NCBI RefSeq assembly: GCF_023055435.1 | Contig: NW_025963802.1 | Span: 28,334,001-28,398,000, forward strand | Reading direction: 5' to 3' | Source: Haliotis rufescens | Lineage: Eukaryota | Length of the DNA: 64,000 bases | Part shown: positions 26,051 to 39,420 of the stretch, piece by piece | How the letters are laid out: each line of letters starts with the position of its first letter | How positions within the stretch are numbered: position 1 is the first letter of the stretch | The notes under the pieces: model-generated | Told to the model about the DNA's origin: nothing | Database searches by the model: none | The model's input: only the letters and a program-made list of their open reading frames with translations | Program-made: the position numbers and the translations under genes

Positions 26051-26519
26051 TGGGCTGCAATGAATACACCATGAGGCGATTACGATTTGTATCACGAATA
26101 TAGGGTAATGAATATGAATATAAAATCACGAATACAATAAAAAGTCAACAGTTGATTTATTTTCTGTTATTCATTCAGTGAAAAAATAACAAAAATATTA
26201 TATGACACGGTTTGTTAATTGATTATTATTAATATATTATACATTTATATACTGCACTTAACCAGATTCTAGTATCTGCTCAAATGCAAAAGTGACCAGA
26301 GACCACAATACTGTCAAACTAAATATAATAAGTGTGTTGTCTTTGAAGAAATCTATGCATATAATATGTTCTTATGGATATTTTTAGGTACAGGGTATGT
26401 AAATGTACATGATTGCATATTCATAAATATTCGATTCTAGTGGCCACGAATAACAAATTCAATTCATGAATGGATACGGTTCGATTCACCGAATTCGTAA
26501 ATTAATTGTGACATCCCTA
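26051..26519. mobile_element. Degenerate hAT-type MITE remnant
   Basis: Ends tgggctgca ... gacatcccta (TAGGG..CCCTA-like) with subterminal ACGAAT/CGATT motifs; no clear TSD. Confidence 0.35.
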
Positions 26520-26685
26520 CTATGTCATAATGTGGATAGATAATGATTTCAAGCTGCTAGCAATATTCCTGTGACATCACTGACACCCATGGCATGAATT
26601 AAACCCCTGTCTTCAGCACTACACCTGAACCTCCCAGCTACCCCACCTCCCAGTGCAGGATAAGTCCATCTGTGCCCTTCATCAC

Positions 26686-26937
26686 CTGTGTGCATCTTCA
26701 TGTGTGATCTGAGGTAGACCATCTGTGAGAAGCGGCGGGTACATATCTGGCAGGCGAATGGTGTGTTGTTGGTGTGAGTGATGAGGTGGCGCCGGAAGCA
26801 GCTGACTTGGCGGAAGGATCTGTTGCACACCTCACACATGTAGGGCTTGGTGTTGCTGTGGATTGTCATGTGTTCCTTCAGAGTCACACTGCTTGAGAAC
26901 TTCTTACTGCAATCTGTGCATTCGAACGGCTTGATAC
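26686..26937 (-). CDS. Zinc-finger gene exon 8 (ZF3-5)
   Basis: Three C2H2 fingers (CTDC, CEVC, CQIC) with TGEKP-like linkers; 252 nt, phase 1/1. Confidence 0.92.
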
Positions 26938-27472
26938 CTGATAACAAAACAAGACCCTGTCATCCAATAATATTTGCATTAAATTCTGAAACATTATACC
27001 GGTTAGACTATGGATAACGGCCCTTCAAACATCCAAAATAACTAAACTTATATAAGACTTCTGTCAATATACATAAAATGAAAAACTCCCTCTATGTCAA
27101 ACATTTAACAACATAACCTGATAGAAAGTAATAAAATGAACTTTTGGCTGGAAAAGATGTTTTCCCCAGTATTAAGAGAAGTCCCTATGCTACCAGGTGT
27201 TCCCAGTTCTTTTGGAGACAATACACAGCAAGAGAGTCAAGTACTGTTGATAACAGTAAAATCTGATTGCACAGTTAAGTTTAGCTTTGTGCCATTCAAG
27301 TCAGGCTCCAACAAACTCATGGTGGCAAGGGTATTAATCATAACAGATTGCAGGAATAATAGCCTGGATAATTGAGGATAATTTCAAAATATAAATTTTT
27401 TCATAAAACATAATGTCAAGTATCATGTTTTGGACCGTTGTGATCAGCACTACAGAGCTCCAAAGAACATAC

Positions 27473-27595
27473 CCATATGAACTAGTTTGTGTCTCCGGAG
27501 GCTCTCGTTGCTACGATAACTCTTGCCACAATCTTCATAATCACATGCAAATGGCCTGGCTGTTGTATGTGTCCACATGTGCACTTTCAAATTTC
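27473..27595 (-). CDS. Zinc-finger gene exon 7 (end of ZF1, ZF2)
   Basis: GNLKVHMWTHTTARPFACDYEDCGKSYRSNESLRRHKLVHM; tag| acceptor, |gtatgt donor. Confidence 0.9.
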
Positions 27596-27748
27596 CTAGA
27601 AATAAAAGTCAAATTGTAGGTAAACAAGAAAACATTATTCAGCATCAATAGTCTTGATTTGACCAGAGAGAAGGATTGCTTTAGAAAACAATCCTTATCT
27701 TTGATTTGGTGTCAAGTCAAGTGTCAGTGAAGGTCCACCTTGTGTTAC

Positions 27749-27850
27749 CTTTCTGAGTGAAGGTCTTGCCACATCGAGGACACTTGAAGCCTGTAGAAGT
27801 TCGGATGATTCTCCCAAGGGCCTCAATACTGTCTTCTTTAACATCAGGTG
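27749..27850 (-). CDS. Zinc-finger gene exon 6 (start of ZF1)
   Basis: APDVKEDSIEALGRIIRTSTGFKCPRCGKTFTQK; phase 1/1, joins exon 7 to complete the finger. Confidence 0.88.
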
Positions 27851-28114
27851 CTGAAACCAAGACACATTTCTTAGAGCTTTGTGAATATAATACCAACATG
27901 TAATAGAGAAAACTGAAAGTCATAAATGAATCTAGAATTGTAAGTAATTTGTATGTCAAGTATCCTGACATACTGTTGCATCTATGTTTCTAGGAAAGGC
28001 AAATATAAGATAAACTAGAGGTCTTTGCAAGAACAGAAACAGACCCATTACCACCATTTCCTCAAAGATTAACATCTGAACGTAACACCATCTACTCCAA
28101 GTTCCAACCCGTGA

Positions 28115-28341
28115 CGTTCCGGGTTTCAATTGTCTTCAGCAACCCATACTTGCCATAAGAGGTGACTAACATGATCGGGTGGCCAGGCTTGCTGATTTGT
28201 TGATGCATGTCATCATATCCCAATTGCGTCGATTGATGCTCATGATATCAATCACTGGATTGTCTGGTCCAGACTCAAGTATTACCAAATAGCTGGGATA
28301 TTGTAGTGTGGGGTGTTTAACAACGAAAACAAACAAACAAA
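28115..28341 (+). mobile_element. SINE with (AAAC)n tail
   Basis: Same family as 19277 and 23953. Confidence 0.7.
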
Positions 28342-29394
28342 CTTCCAGTTCAAAAACATTACTTCCAGACTTTGACCTGAAACAACAACTTCCTGAGATC
28401 CAACAACTGTCCAAGTCTCAGGACCGTACAAGTAAAAGTGCAGCAGTAACTGGCAATAAATGATACTGTCATATTTCACAATAACCCCAAACAATGATAG
28501 ACATAGCGAACATTAGATGAGTTTGGATTTGTAAAGATAGATGCAAATACAGAGTTTAATGCCTGTAGAGACATAACAATGATACAATCATGTTTGAAAA
28601 AAATATAGAATGCTGACCTTGACCTTTGACATATTTTGACCTCAACGTTTTTAAAGCAGGGGCCCATCCTTGGGTGGGGAAGGCATATTCCAAGGTTAAG
28701 CAAACAAAGATAATAGTCTTGGTTCTGAGGCTCTGCCAGCACTATCAGAAAGTCTGCCACACGTTTGGTTTTTATTTCTATTTATTTAAAAATCAAAAAT
28801 AAATCCTAATACTTAAAAACAGTGTGATCCAAAATAGTTACTTCCTAGCAGTAATGTGATTACATGTGACAATGCCACTTTTGGTCACGTAGTAGCTGTG
28901 GGAGGGTATATGCCACACAACTGGTTGGAACAACAACTTCTGCAGCCTGGACCTCTTACAGCTCTGTCCTTCTAGCAAAACAACAGCAGTAAAAGCATAG
29001 GGGTAGTAATGCAGGATAAGTTAAAAACTTTAATGACATATCCATGAACATGTTGTTTTAGTTTAAGTTTTATGCGCTTTATCGCTTTTTCTCGTGACCT
29101 TGACCATTTCCAGAAGAAAGCCTCATAACCATTTGGAAGAAGTTCGTGATGTCAATAATCTTTGAGTTGTAGTCGTTTGAAAAATCACCAGTGGTGGCCA
29201 AACTCCAACAAAAACTTAAAGCAGTCCCATTTCAAGAGGGTGCTAATAATTAACATGTGAATGCAAAGATGTCATGATATCATTAAACGATACTTAAATG
29301 TTATATGTCTTCTTTTTCCGATATAAAACTACACTTGTCCCACCAGTCATTACAATAACACTTTCATCTGGAGTGAGGGACATCACAAACTTAC

Positions 29395-29430
29395 CTGTTG
29401 GTTGATCACTTGCAGTCTTCCTGGGCCGCC
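29395..29430 (-). CDS. Zinc-finger gene exon 5 (36-nt micro-exon completing AT-hook KRGRPRK)
   Basis: ttttgcag|GGCGGCCCAGGAAG...ACAG|gtaag encodes GRPRKTASDQPT; phase 1/1. Confidence 0.8.
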
Positions 29431-29579
29431 CTGCAAAATAACATGTTGGTCAAAACGTGAGGCAGCTTAGTTTACAGATGGTCCAGAGTTCCTCTGAACA
29501 TATTATACAAAGAAACCTGTTATAAAAAGGAAATTCAAATAAACATTTAAACTTCTGAGATTTACATCAAATCAAACAT

Positions 29580-32500
29580 GAAATATAGGGTATCAGAGTG
29601 TCCCACTCATTTATATACTTACCCTGACACTACAGTATGCAATATTCCTTCTTGCTTTGACTATATAACAGTGTAGAACATTGTGAAAACAATAATCACC
29701 AGAACACACCCTCCGGCCACCTCGCTCCCAGCATGCTCCTGTACTACTCATCACTTTCCCCACAATCGCCCGTAGACAGGTGACAAGTGGATCCAAGCGT
29801 TGAGGGGCTGGACATGCAGGCAGTCATGACCTGTTGTGTCAGGATAAGTATATAAATAAGGGGAATACCCTGATACCCAATATGTTTTAACTTATCCCAC
29901 CACAACAGTATGCAATTATCCCATGGCAGGATGGCAGGTTGGGTCAACTGTATATCCCCATTTGTGATTGAGTTGTCGGGGAAGAGCACTGACTAGATTA
30001 GACTGCCAGATGGTCTTTAACCCATGGGTGTGTTCAACTTCACTTGTCCCATAATACATCACCACCATGCCTAATTACAGGCAAGGCTGCATCTGAAATT
30101 ACATTGCAACTGGAGGTACTCGAAAGATTAGGAACCGTAGTTACAACCACGATATGTAGTACCTCAGTAATCATTCCATATAAAGAAAGAACAAACATGG
30201 AAGCGTACCAGTATGGGCATCCAAAATGGCAGGCGCTCCTTTCCAAGTAGTCAACAGCGATAGTGAAACAACCTTGGACAATGTCTGTGACGGAGCTGTG
30301 TGAAGTGCCACTGTGGACACAACACCCGAATTTCATGTAGATGGGAAGCTCCAGGTGGATCCACCCCAGCATGGTCATAAGTCTAAAGAATGGTGGAACA
30401 TAACCCAAAACAACAGGGTATTCTTGCAGATATTCTGGCAACCCTCCTCAGTGGTCGGGAGGGTTTATGTTGATACCGAAAATGACGAGTGACACACGAA
30501 CAGGACATAGGGACATGTCCTCTGTGTCACTAGATCCAACTATGTTCATCCGCGGGGCGATAGAGTAAGTGTGATTCGCCTGACCTGGCAATTGATTTTT
30601 GGCGATTAAGTCCCATGTTAATCCAAGATGTACCTCTGCATGTGGACCATGGTCAAATTTGATCAGGGTGACGTCGAGAGCTTGGAGTTCACTGACATGT
30701 GCTGCAGTGAGTCAGAGGCACCAATGCCACATGAGACAGAGGTTCGTGGGTATAAACCAGAAGTTGACATTGAACCATGGCTAGAGGTAGAAACTTTAAT
30801 GGCGGTAACCTAATGGCAAGTTAAGGAGCAGTGGCAATATGGGTAGAATGGGAAGGGCCGAGGAACAAGTTAATGACTGACACATAACTGGCAAATGGGT
30901 ACGGCTTGACAAATGTGATACATATCAAGTTGAGGACAATAAGCCTTGAAGGATAACCATTTCTGGTCATACAAGGAGGCCGTAGAAGGGCGGTGTGTCT
31001 GACAACTAGCAAGAGCCGCCGCCATAGAGAAAACCCCATCCGTCAATGCTTTCTGAGAATGCACCACACACTTAGATCCCACGACTCTGGGCATGGGTGT
31101 GGATTTCTGAGTAGACTGGGAAATAGTTTTAAGTATGGCCCTCCAGCGAGTCGGAGCAGATACGGGAATCACATCCCACTGGGCCAACAAGATGCAACCC
31201 AAATCGATATGCCAATCGAGAAATGGGACGGTCCACAATCCTGAGGCCCAGGGTTCCCAAGATTAGTACTTGGTTGATATGGCATCCTCCGGGTGTACTG
31301 GGTACCCAGGTGGGGAATACACATCTGCAATGCATGAACAGTGGCTTCAGCCTGAGCAGTGCAAAGAGCCTTCTTGTAAACCTCTTGAACCTTGGATAAG
31401 GAGTTGAGCTAAGTTCTCCAAGAGACGAATGATTTCATCCAGAGCTGAGAGCAATTCCCTCAAGAAATCCTTGATGAAAGTAGTAATAATCAACAATGGT
31501 AGGAGGGACAAACGAATGTCAGAATCCACAGGCATCATCTGCATCAAGGGAAAGCGCTGGAGATGGAAAGGAAATCCTGTGTAATTTACAGCGGGCAAAG
31601 TGATGGCGGGTTGGGGAAGCGAACCCTTAAGGGCTACTTTATGCAAAGCCTGCTGCAACAGTAGGAATACTGTCATCCAAATTATGAAAAGGGGCAATGT
31701 AAGATGGTGAATTATTCTTGGGATCGAAGGAGCATTCGGCAGAAGGCAGTTGGACAGGCTCCTCGAATTTAAGGACATCCATGATTCACAGGATCTGATC
31801 TTTTGCGGCCTAGAGTGGCTGCTCCTTAGCCTCAGACACAAGAGCAGGCCTTTGGAGAAGAACGCACACCTTTGGCAACCTGTTAGGAGATGACAAACAA
31901 GATCTTGAACACCGAGCAGGAGAGCCCGATACCTAACCAACAGGAGACGCCTGATCACTCTTGACGGGTGATGCCTGAAGTATGGGAGTACACTGAGGAG
32001 ATTATAGTGGTAACTGTCATACCGAAATGACACCCTGAGGAGAGGTCACCAGTGGCGAACCGACTTGAGGCGAGGTTGTGATGGCTGCGCCTGAGATGAC
32101 GAGGGAACAGGTGGTGCCTGAGTAGACAAAAACTGCATCTGAGGCAATGGTTGTGGAAGAGTGTGCGCTTGTTGTGAGGAAAATGATGGGAGGCCAGGTA
32201 GAGGGTGAGGTAGAGCTTGTTGATACAATGTCTGTAGCGGCGCATGGAGAAACGCTTGAGGAGGCGCCACATGAGGATGCGCTGGGAGAGGAGCGAGAAA
32301 GGTAGACAGGGCCTGACTAGGCGAATGGAAATACGTGTGAGGAGGTGCCTGCGCCTGATGAGGCGTCTCAAGACTCCAGGTCGACTGACACGATGGGATG
32401 CCAGGCAGGGCTTGCCAATAGGCATCACTGGCAGATGACAGTATGCAAGAAAACGGTGCAGCCCAAGAAGTGCAAGTAGTTATGGCAGGCGCTATCGTAG

Positions 32501-33182
32501 TACCCGGACAAGTTCAAGCAAACAGAGAGGGGGGTGGATCACCGTATAAGAGGCGATGAACCAGGCGGGTAGCCCCAAGGACGGATCCATCCATGACAAG
32601 ACTGTATGCATTGCTGAAGGGTTTAAAGGGAGACAGTCACAGGCTTAAGAGAGGAGTTCGAAGACTGGTGCTGTAGTTGTTGGTTAGCCCTATTTCAGAG
32701 TTTAGCTAGGTAAACATTGAAAAAGTGGGAGGATAAGTGTGTATAAGCAGAGCATCGCTGGTCCAAGGAGCAGGGGATCCGGCAGTCATGGAGCTCATGA
32801 GCCGATTTCTTCCCATGACAATCCACTCACTTTTGAAGAGGATGAATGTTGTTGTCATCCCCCGACACAGTCTCCGAAATGACCACATCACCCATAATAT
32901 TTAAAAGTCTACAACAGGAAAAGGGAATAAAAGTGGAGAATTCAGCAGAGAAGCACGAGAAATGGAAACCAAAACTGAGCTTTCATGTGCCAAGAGTTGT
33001 GTTAACAATGGCAGGGAAAGAAACATGTGAGGAAAGTAAGTTGTCAGTTTTTCATATTTTTATTGGAAAGGAACAACTAGGCACCCGAAGATATTTAGGT
33101 GAATATTGTTTTCACTATGTTCTACACTGTTATATAACCGAACAAGAAGAAATATTGCACACTGTTGTGGAGGGATAAGTTA
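29580..33182 (-). mobile_element. Decayed DIRS1-type tyrosine-recombinase retrotransposon in zinc-finger gene intron 4
   Basis: Inverted terminal repeats 29617-29700 / 33098-33180; internal complementary region 29846-29917 matching both outer ends; YR-like fragments RPSTASLYDQKWLSF and TWDLI on the minus strand; frameshifted. Confidence 0.8.
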
Positions 33183-33458
33183 AAAATATTACCTCAGATA
33201 CTATTCTTTTAATATTCCTAATATTTTATGACTTGGATGTCTTTGGGAGTGGGTCATTTTATGTTGTTTTAAAGCCACAGTGGACAATATTTATGCTGGT
33301 GCCCTGTAAATACTGAGAGGCAAGGCAGTGGGGTGAACACACATCAGCCAGGTCACACATTGTAGCCAATCAATCCTCATTAGTCACACAAAAAACGGTG
33401 GGGAAAATGAAATGCCCTGAAATCTTAACTGGAAGTATTTGGGGCGAACAAACATTAC

Positions 33459-33562
33459 CTCTTTTGCCTGTTGACTTTTTCTTGAGTGGAACCAGCTCCG
33501 TGTCTGGATCAAAGTCAGAGTCATCTGTGTCCTCATCGATGTTCACAGGATTCTTGAAGTCC
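33459..33562 (-). CDS. Zinc-finger gene exon 4
   Basis: RDFKNPVNIDEDTDDSDFDPDTELVPLKKKSTGKR; phase 2/1, consistent with neighbouring exons. Confidence 0.8.
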
Positions 33563-33827
33563 CTGCAAACACCAGTTTACCTACATGTTATCTCATGAGT
33601 AAGTGAATGTACATTTACATCATGATCAGCATTAATGCAGTTATCACAGCAACCTAGGAGATAAAGAGTCTGGTTCCTTTTCCAGAAAGCAATCTTTGTG
33701 CAAGGACAGTCATATCTTCCCTACATAAAGACTTATGATAGTCAGAGTGCTATGCTTAATGTGTGGTCCAGACAATTAACCTCAAGATTCACTTAATTCA
33801 GATTCATTCCTACACATCAATCCATAC

Positions 33828-34113
33828 CTAAATTTGGCTGGGATGATCCTCTGTCTGGCCGGCAGCCTGCCTGACCTCCGCTCTATGTCATAGTCATTGG
33901 CCTGCACCCCAACCTCCATGAGGACACGGAAGCTATTCTGGGGATCAGTTGGTAAAATGGTGACCTCATCATCATCATCTTCTCTCTCAGTCAACATGTC
34001 CTCAATATCACGGGCCTCGTCACTGGTCAACTCCAGGGTCTCGTGACTCATGTTGCCTGAAGTCTCTGTACCAATTTCAGCTGTTTGGATGCATGTGCTC
34101 TGAGTTGTCTCCC
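33828..34113 (-). CDS. Zinc-finger gene exon 3 (acidic region)
   Basis: GETTQSTCIQTAEIG...EDDDDEV...RLPARQRIIPAKF; cag| acceptor, AG|gtatgg donor; phase 1/2. Confidence 0.78.
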
Positions 34114-34875
34114 CTGCAACATGGTGCATCAGAGTTTCTAACATGGTAATTCAATATCTACTTAGTGACATGACACAACGGATTTAGGTCAATATAATGC
34201 TTGAATACAATCTTTCATAACTAAAGACAGCTTTGTTATAACTGTGATTAGACTGAGACTATGTGCAAGGGGATAGATTAGAACAGGCAAAATACATCGT
34301 AAACATGATGCAAGACACTTGATTTTCAGTAATATGAGCCAAGCTAGGTACACCCAAGAAATTGGCACTAGTCCTGTAGTCTTAGCCAAAATGCCCAATA
34401 GTTAAGGTATCATAAGGACTAGTTGAAATTTGCCCTTCTTTTTATTTTGCTATATGTTACCATCATAAGGACTAATGGACTAAAAATGGTAGTTTCTACC
34501 ACTGCAGGTGTTAGATCACTTGCATACAGCTTGTTTACAATAATATGCAGTATTGACAAAAACTGGTAGCAGTTTCCTTGAGGTAAGTCTTCCTGGAAAC
34601 CTTATTCAGTGTTCACTAAGACTGACATAAAAGATACATGTTTGGAAGTAAGGGATTAAAGTGAAATAGGTAATTAGATCTCTCATATGAATATTTTATT
34701 ACTTGTTGTCAATAAAAGACTTTGAAAATCCTCCAGCACACATTGGTACACTTTCACTAATTGGGTGTCATGTCACCCTCAGTTGTAGCACTTATTACAA
34801 AACATAATAAGCGATGTGCAATAAGAGGATACAGTTAGCTATACCTTATATTGCACTGTGTCCATTAATACTGAC

Positions 34876-34992
34876 CTTGAGGAAAAGCAGTGTCCATCTG
34901 TCTGGTGTCTTCACCTGCATCGTCATGGTCAATGATTTTATAATCTGTTGTCCCTGGTTCTGACTTTACTGTAGTTGTAGTTTCTAGAACTT
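34876..34992 (-). CDS. Zinc-finger gene exon 2
   Basis: EVLETTTTVKSEPGTTDYKIIDHDDAGEDTRQMDTAFPQ; includes the SUMO-consensus VKSE; phase 1/1. Confidence 0.7.
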
Positions 34993-35017
34993 CTGAAACC
35001 ATAAATTATCATTAATC

Positions 35018-35155
35018 TTTTAGCAATATTCCAGCAATATCACGGCGGGGGACACCAGAAATGGGCTTCACACATTGTACCCATGTCGGGAATCGAACCC
35101 GGGTCTTCGGCGTGACGAGCTAACGCTTTAAACGCTAGGCTACCCGACCGCCCCG
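35018..35155 (-). mobile_element. tRNA-derived SINE (near-identical to 45396-45561)
   Basis: ggggcggtcgggtagcctag...cccgggttcgattcccga head; gatattgctggaatattgctaaaa body. Confidence 0.85.
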
Positions 35156-37001
35156 TTTAGGTTCAGATTTTACACATCAATATTTCAGTACCTAACATGA
35201 CAGCTACTGATTTATACAGGAATATCTTTCCCTTCGTCCGATAAAAAAGGATATAAACTACCAAAGTATTGGTTCATTGACTATAATGTTGTGATGTTCC
35301 TTACATTACAAAAGAAAACCTTGAATACCACCAACAACATCTCATGTGGGGAATATACTACTATTACTAGTCACTACCCCCTTACACTGAAGTAATCTGC
35401 TCAATCATATACATGATCAGTGGTGCACTTTGGTCGAGTAGACACGTTTATTTTGCAAAGTTTGTCTTTATTCAAGCACTTGCAGTGGAAATTGAGGTGC
35501 TTCAAAAGAACAAGTATAAGAAAACATCTCTAAATCAGTATATGTATGTTAAAGCAGATAAAAAATTTGTTTTTTTATAGCAACATATCAAGTAAGAAGA
35601 AAGCTCATTTCTTTATCTCGGGCTTCTTCAATGAAAGCTGTGATGAGTCATTGCTTTTTCCATGGTTTCAATTCATCTCAGTGTTCGAAATACATACAAT
35701 TAACAATAAGGAGTCCTGTAGTAATCCCAATCATAAAAATATAAAATTTATAAAATTATTTTCACATTTCTTTACTAGTTTTAGCTGTTTGATCTGTTAA
35801 CAACTCTGCTCTGAAGTCTTCCAACTCATTCAAAAAAGGTGATTTTACACAACAAAATATGTCAAATCCGTGTTTTTACAAGAGCACAGATTTACATTGT
35901 CAAGTTACAATGACACAACATCCTGGTCTGACATTGTAACCAAATAATCCACATTTTAGTTTGCTCAATGTAATAGTTTTCTGACAAGCATGTGCTATTA
36001 ATATTATAGGGGTGCTATTCGAACTTGGAAGTTATATTCATTCCCTTTAAGGCACTGATTACTAGTTATAGATTATATCATTTTTATTTTCATCTTTCTT
36101 TGCATTAATTTATCGGATTAGAAACCACATGAAATTAAAAGATTACCTCACAGTCAGGTCCTTCATTTACTATCATTAACTAGGTTATGATACTGATTAA
36201 GCAAATAAACTGCTGGTCTTTGGACCATTCGCCGTTATATAAAGTCAGTTCATATTCTCACACATTAAATGTATGTAATAGTTGATTGTCCACATATACA
36301 TTCTAGCAGCAGCAACCATATCTGTGTGTGTCACTACACAGAGCTGCAGGCTGTTACCCCCTAGTGTTTTCCTTATGTATTGCAGATACCGCACTTACCA
36401 CCCTGTCAAATCCTACATAAATTGTAACACAATGAAAACTGCAACACGATTCGCTTCCTAAAACAATTCCCAATTGCATCATAGATATATATTCGATCAT
36501 GCAACTTTCTATGTACTTATTAGGTTGGAGCCATGGAGATGGTAAAGATTTTTGGCTGACAAAATGTCTTAGGAAGTGAATTATGTTGCATTTGTCTATA
36601 AAACTAACAGGACATATGCACTTGCTGAAGCATTTAACGTGCGATGAAGATTTGCTGATACGGTTACCGCAGCGTTAGATTGGTTATCCAACTCTTAATT
36701 TGAATTACTCTTGACTCTCATTCGTGGAAAACAGTGGAAACAAAATAATGATATGTACAAACGCGACGTTTTTAACGTTCTTCTAGGTTGACAAAACACC
36801 TGTTTTTTTCACTGATTCAAGGGGCATGTTCCTTGCAAACACGAACCACTGCCACACAGTTCATGCAAAAATGAGGTTACATCTAACCTGGGCTCCCAAC
36901 CAAATGGCTCCATTATCATTATCACACTCGTGAAATGGAATCATCGCGTGTATAGCCTAAAGAAAACTAATACAGAGAAAGCTGAGTAAGTAAAATATTA
37001 C

Positions 37002-37026
37002 CACGAAGATCGCAAGGGGCCGCCAT
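37002..37026 (-). CDS. Zinc-finger gene exon 1 (MAAPCDLR); total CDS 2196 nt, ~731 aa
   Basis: AAGATGGCGGC start context (Kozak/YY1-like), donor G|gtaata in phase 1; ETS-like (37041-37048) and CCAAT (~37067) motifs upstream. Confidence 0.65.
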
Positions 37027-38410
37027 CTTTACTGACATCCCCGGATGTAGCGAAAGTTTAAGTTAGCCAATCATAGTTATTCATTATCCCAATTACGGAC
37101 AACACGAGTTGAAATGGTTTGCGGCATGAGTAGATCTATAATTATTCTTCTATCGAAAAATCAAAACTTTTCACACAAAGTCTCATCAGTGTTTCATATG
37201 GGCCACCACCACATAGAGTCTAATGTTTTTATAACTTTTTTATTTGAAAAATATAGAACTGTCCATTTTGTGCCATTCACCCATTCGAATGCCATGCACC
37301 CAACCATTAATTATCATGCAGTCCCGTAGAGCTAAAAGAAACACTACTAGCCTCAAACGCCCAAAGTCAAATCGAGCTAAAAATGTATGTAGATAGTAAT
37401 ATTACATTTAAAAGTTTCCAGTTTCGGTTACATGGGTCAACTGACGATAATTGGAAATTTATGGGCACTAAGAAACAGCGGTACCAGTAGTGGCCATTCC
37501 TGGACAGTTGTCAGTTGTCATACTATATGTATACTAATTGTTCTTTGAATATAACTTACTTATATGTTATCATTATTCGGGCAGTTAATTTGAACAAAAT
37601 TACACTCACAATAGGCCATGTTTGATTACTTGATGGCAATATATTGATATCATCGGATCGATGAACAACAATATTTATTTTTTTTGTTTATATCAAATGG
37701 GTACAGTGTAGTGTGTGCCTCCTCATTGGCCCATATATATAACCTTTGTTATTCTGTGTTAGCTGACGCTGGAGATAATTCCCCATACATGACATTTGTT
37801 TTGTCGGTACGTTAATTGAAATTTTAAGGTAATCATATAACATGTTCACAAAGTGAATGGGATAAGGGGTTATACTAATATCCGTGAACAATTTTAATAT
37901 AAGGTTTGGGTGGATTGTATGAATTATATGCAAGCAGCTTGAGAAAAAATGCTTTTCTGGCTTGATTTCATAAATACGAGTCATATGACTACAAAAAGGG
38001 CATATATCAAAATGACGCAAATTGCCCTAATCTATCCTGTCCTAACTGACACTGTGATTACCCTTCAAATGTACTTTTACAAGTAAAATGATGATCAACT
38101 AAGAAAATATTCGTGTGTTGTCAGGCATGTATGAAATGGTCTATAACCTGAGGTAATTACCTGACACCTGTCCCGAGGTGATGACCTCAGACCGCCCCGT
38201 GCATTCTCCCAGGTGCAAATGTCACCGAGTTGGGTGTGGTCTCAAAATATTGCTGTTATTGTACTTAATTGACATGTGCCTTGATCGGGTAGCAATTAAG
38301 GATATGTACTACATTATATGTGCTTGGAAACATGATGGACTAGTTAAGAGCTATGAAACGGGATGAGTATTGGAAGGTTGCGGTTTTGGAATCCAGAAGT
38401 ATTTGTTGTT

Positions 38411-39420
38411 CTACAGATGATTTCTTGAGGTAGCATTTATCTCCGCTGATGACGTATATGAATCTGTACTTTTGAATGTTGTGTTATGTCTTGCCACGAA
38501 CCCTTTACATTTAGCCATGATGGGCACAACAGGGTTGAGCTCACAATGTCTGACTGGCGTACGTAAGACAACGTAACCGTGTTGTGCCGCCAGCACATAT
38601 GTCCTGTACTTTACCGGGTTCTTATTAAGCCGAATTTTCTCCACGAGTTGAACTTTCGTCTCATATGTTCTGAAGTCGACAATGTCATATATTCCTGTAT
38701 GGTCGCCTTCAGACTACTCATGGTTGGGCGAAAGTATCTGATTCCCGGACGTAATATTAATTGGCGTTATCTATGACAATGACACCCGACGTTGTTTAAA
38801 ATGGGCAATAGCTGAAGTTCCAACCAGTCTATGAACACATCACCTCCTATCACCAGTTTTCTATTTCGCCTCGAAAACTAGCATACATCCATCAATTAGC
38901 CCCATATCATGGGTTGCAATGTGCAAATCAATGACACGACTACCTTTACCTGATGGTCTATGTGTGCTTTTTGTCCATCTGCCGATAGCCACATGTAGTC
39001 AGTGGAATGATTCATCAAGGTAAATTATCTGGACGCCCTGACTGTGATAGTTATGAATGGTTCGGAGATAATGTGACCTCATAGACAGGATGGAATATTT
39101 TTTCCTGAAAAGACCTCGGTCATCGCCACGCGCAGTGTATCGAAATCCCATCTCTTGTAGAGCAATAGTTAGTGCAGTTAACATTAATTGTGTCTTTAAT
39201 TCCTCCCAAAATTTACTACAAGTCCGGGCTACCTTCTGCTCATAAAGCTTGTACACTATACGCCTAATCACCCTGTATCAAAGCTGTCTGACATACGTTT
39301 ACGTCCCAGTTTTGTTTTTGAGACCACCCCTATCCCTGTTTTGTTTTATTTATCATACCGTAGAATTGATGCTATGAATTGAAAACCCAATAGCTTGGGC
39401 AGTTCGGTATCATGGGAGCA
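38411..39420 (-). pseudogene. Decayed IS630-Tc1-mariner transposase, DD~82E (Sailor-like)
   Basis: Fragments IIYLDES, GKGSRVI, VIVIDNA, VLRTPVRHCELNPV..IMAKCKGFVARHNTTFK; the second D to the E position spans ~244 nt; stops and frameshifts present. Confidence 0.7.

Noticed and set aside
31347-32438. ORFs of 228, 157 and 74 aa as host genes
   Set aside because: Inside the DIRS relic; fragmented, with no consistent splice structure.
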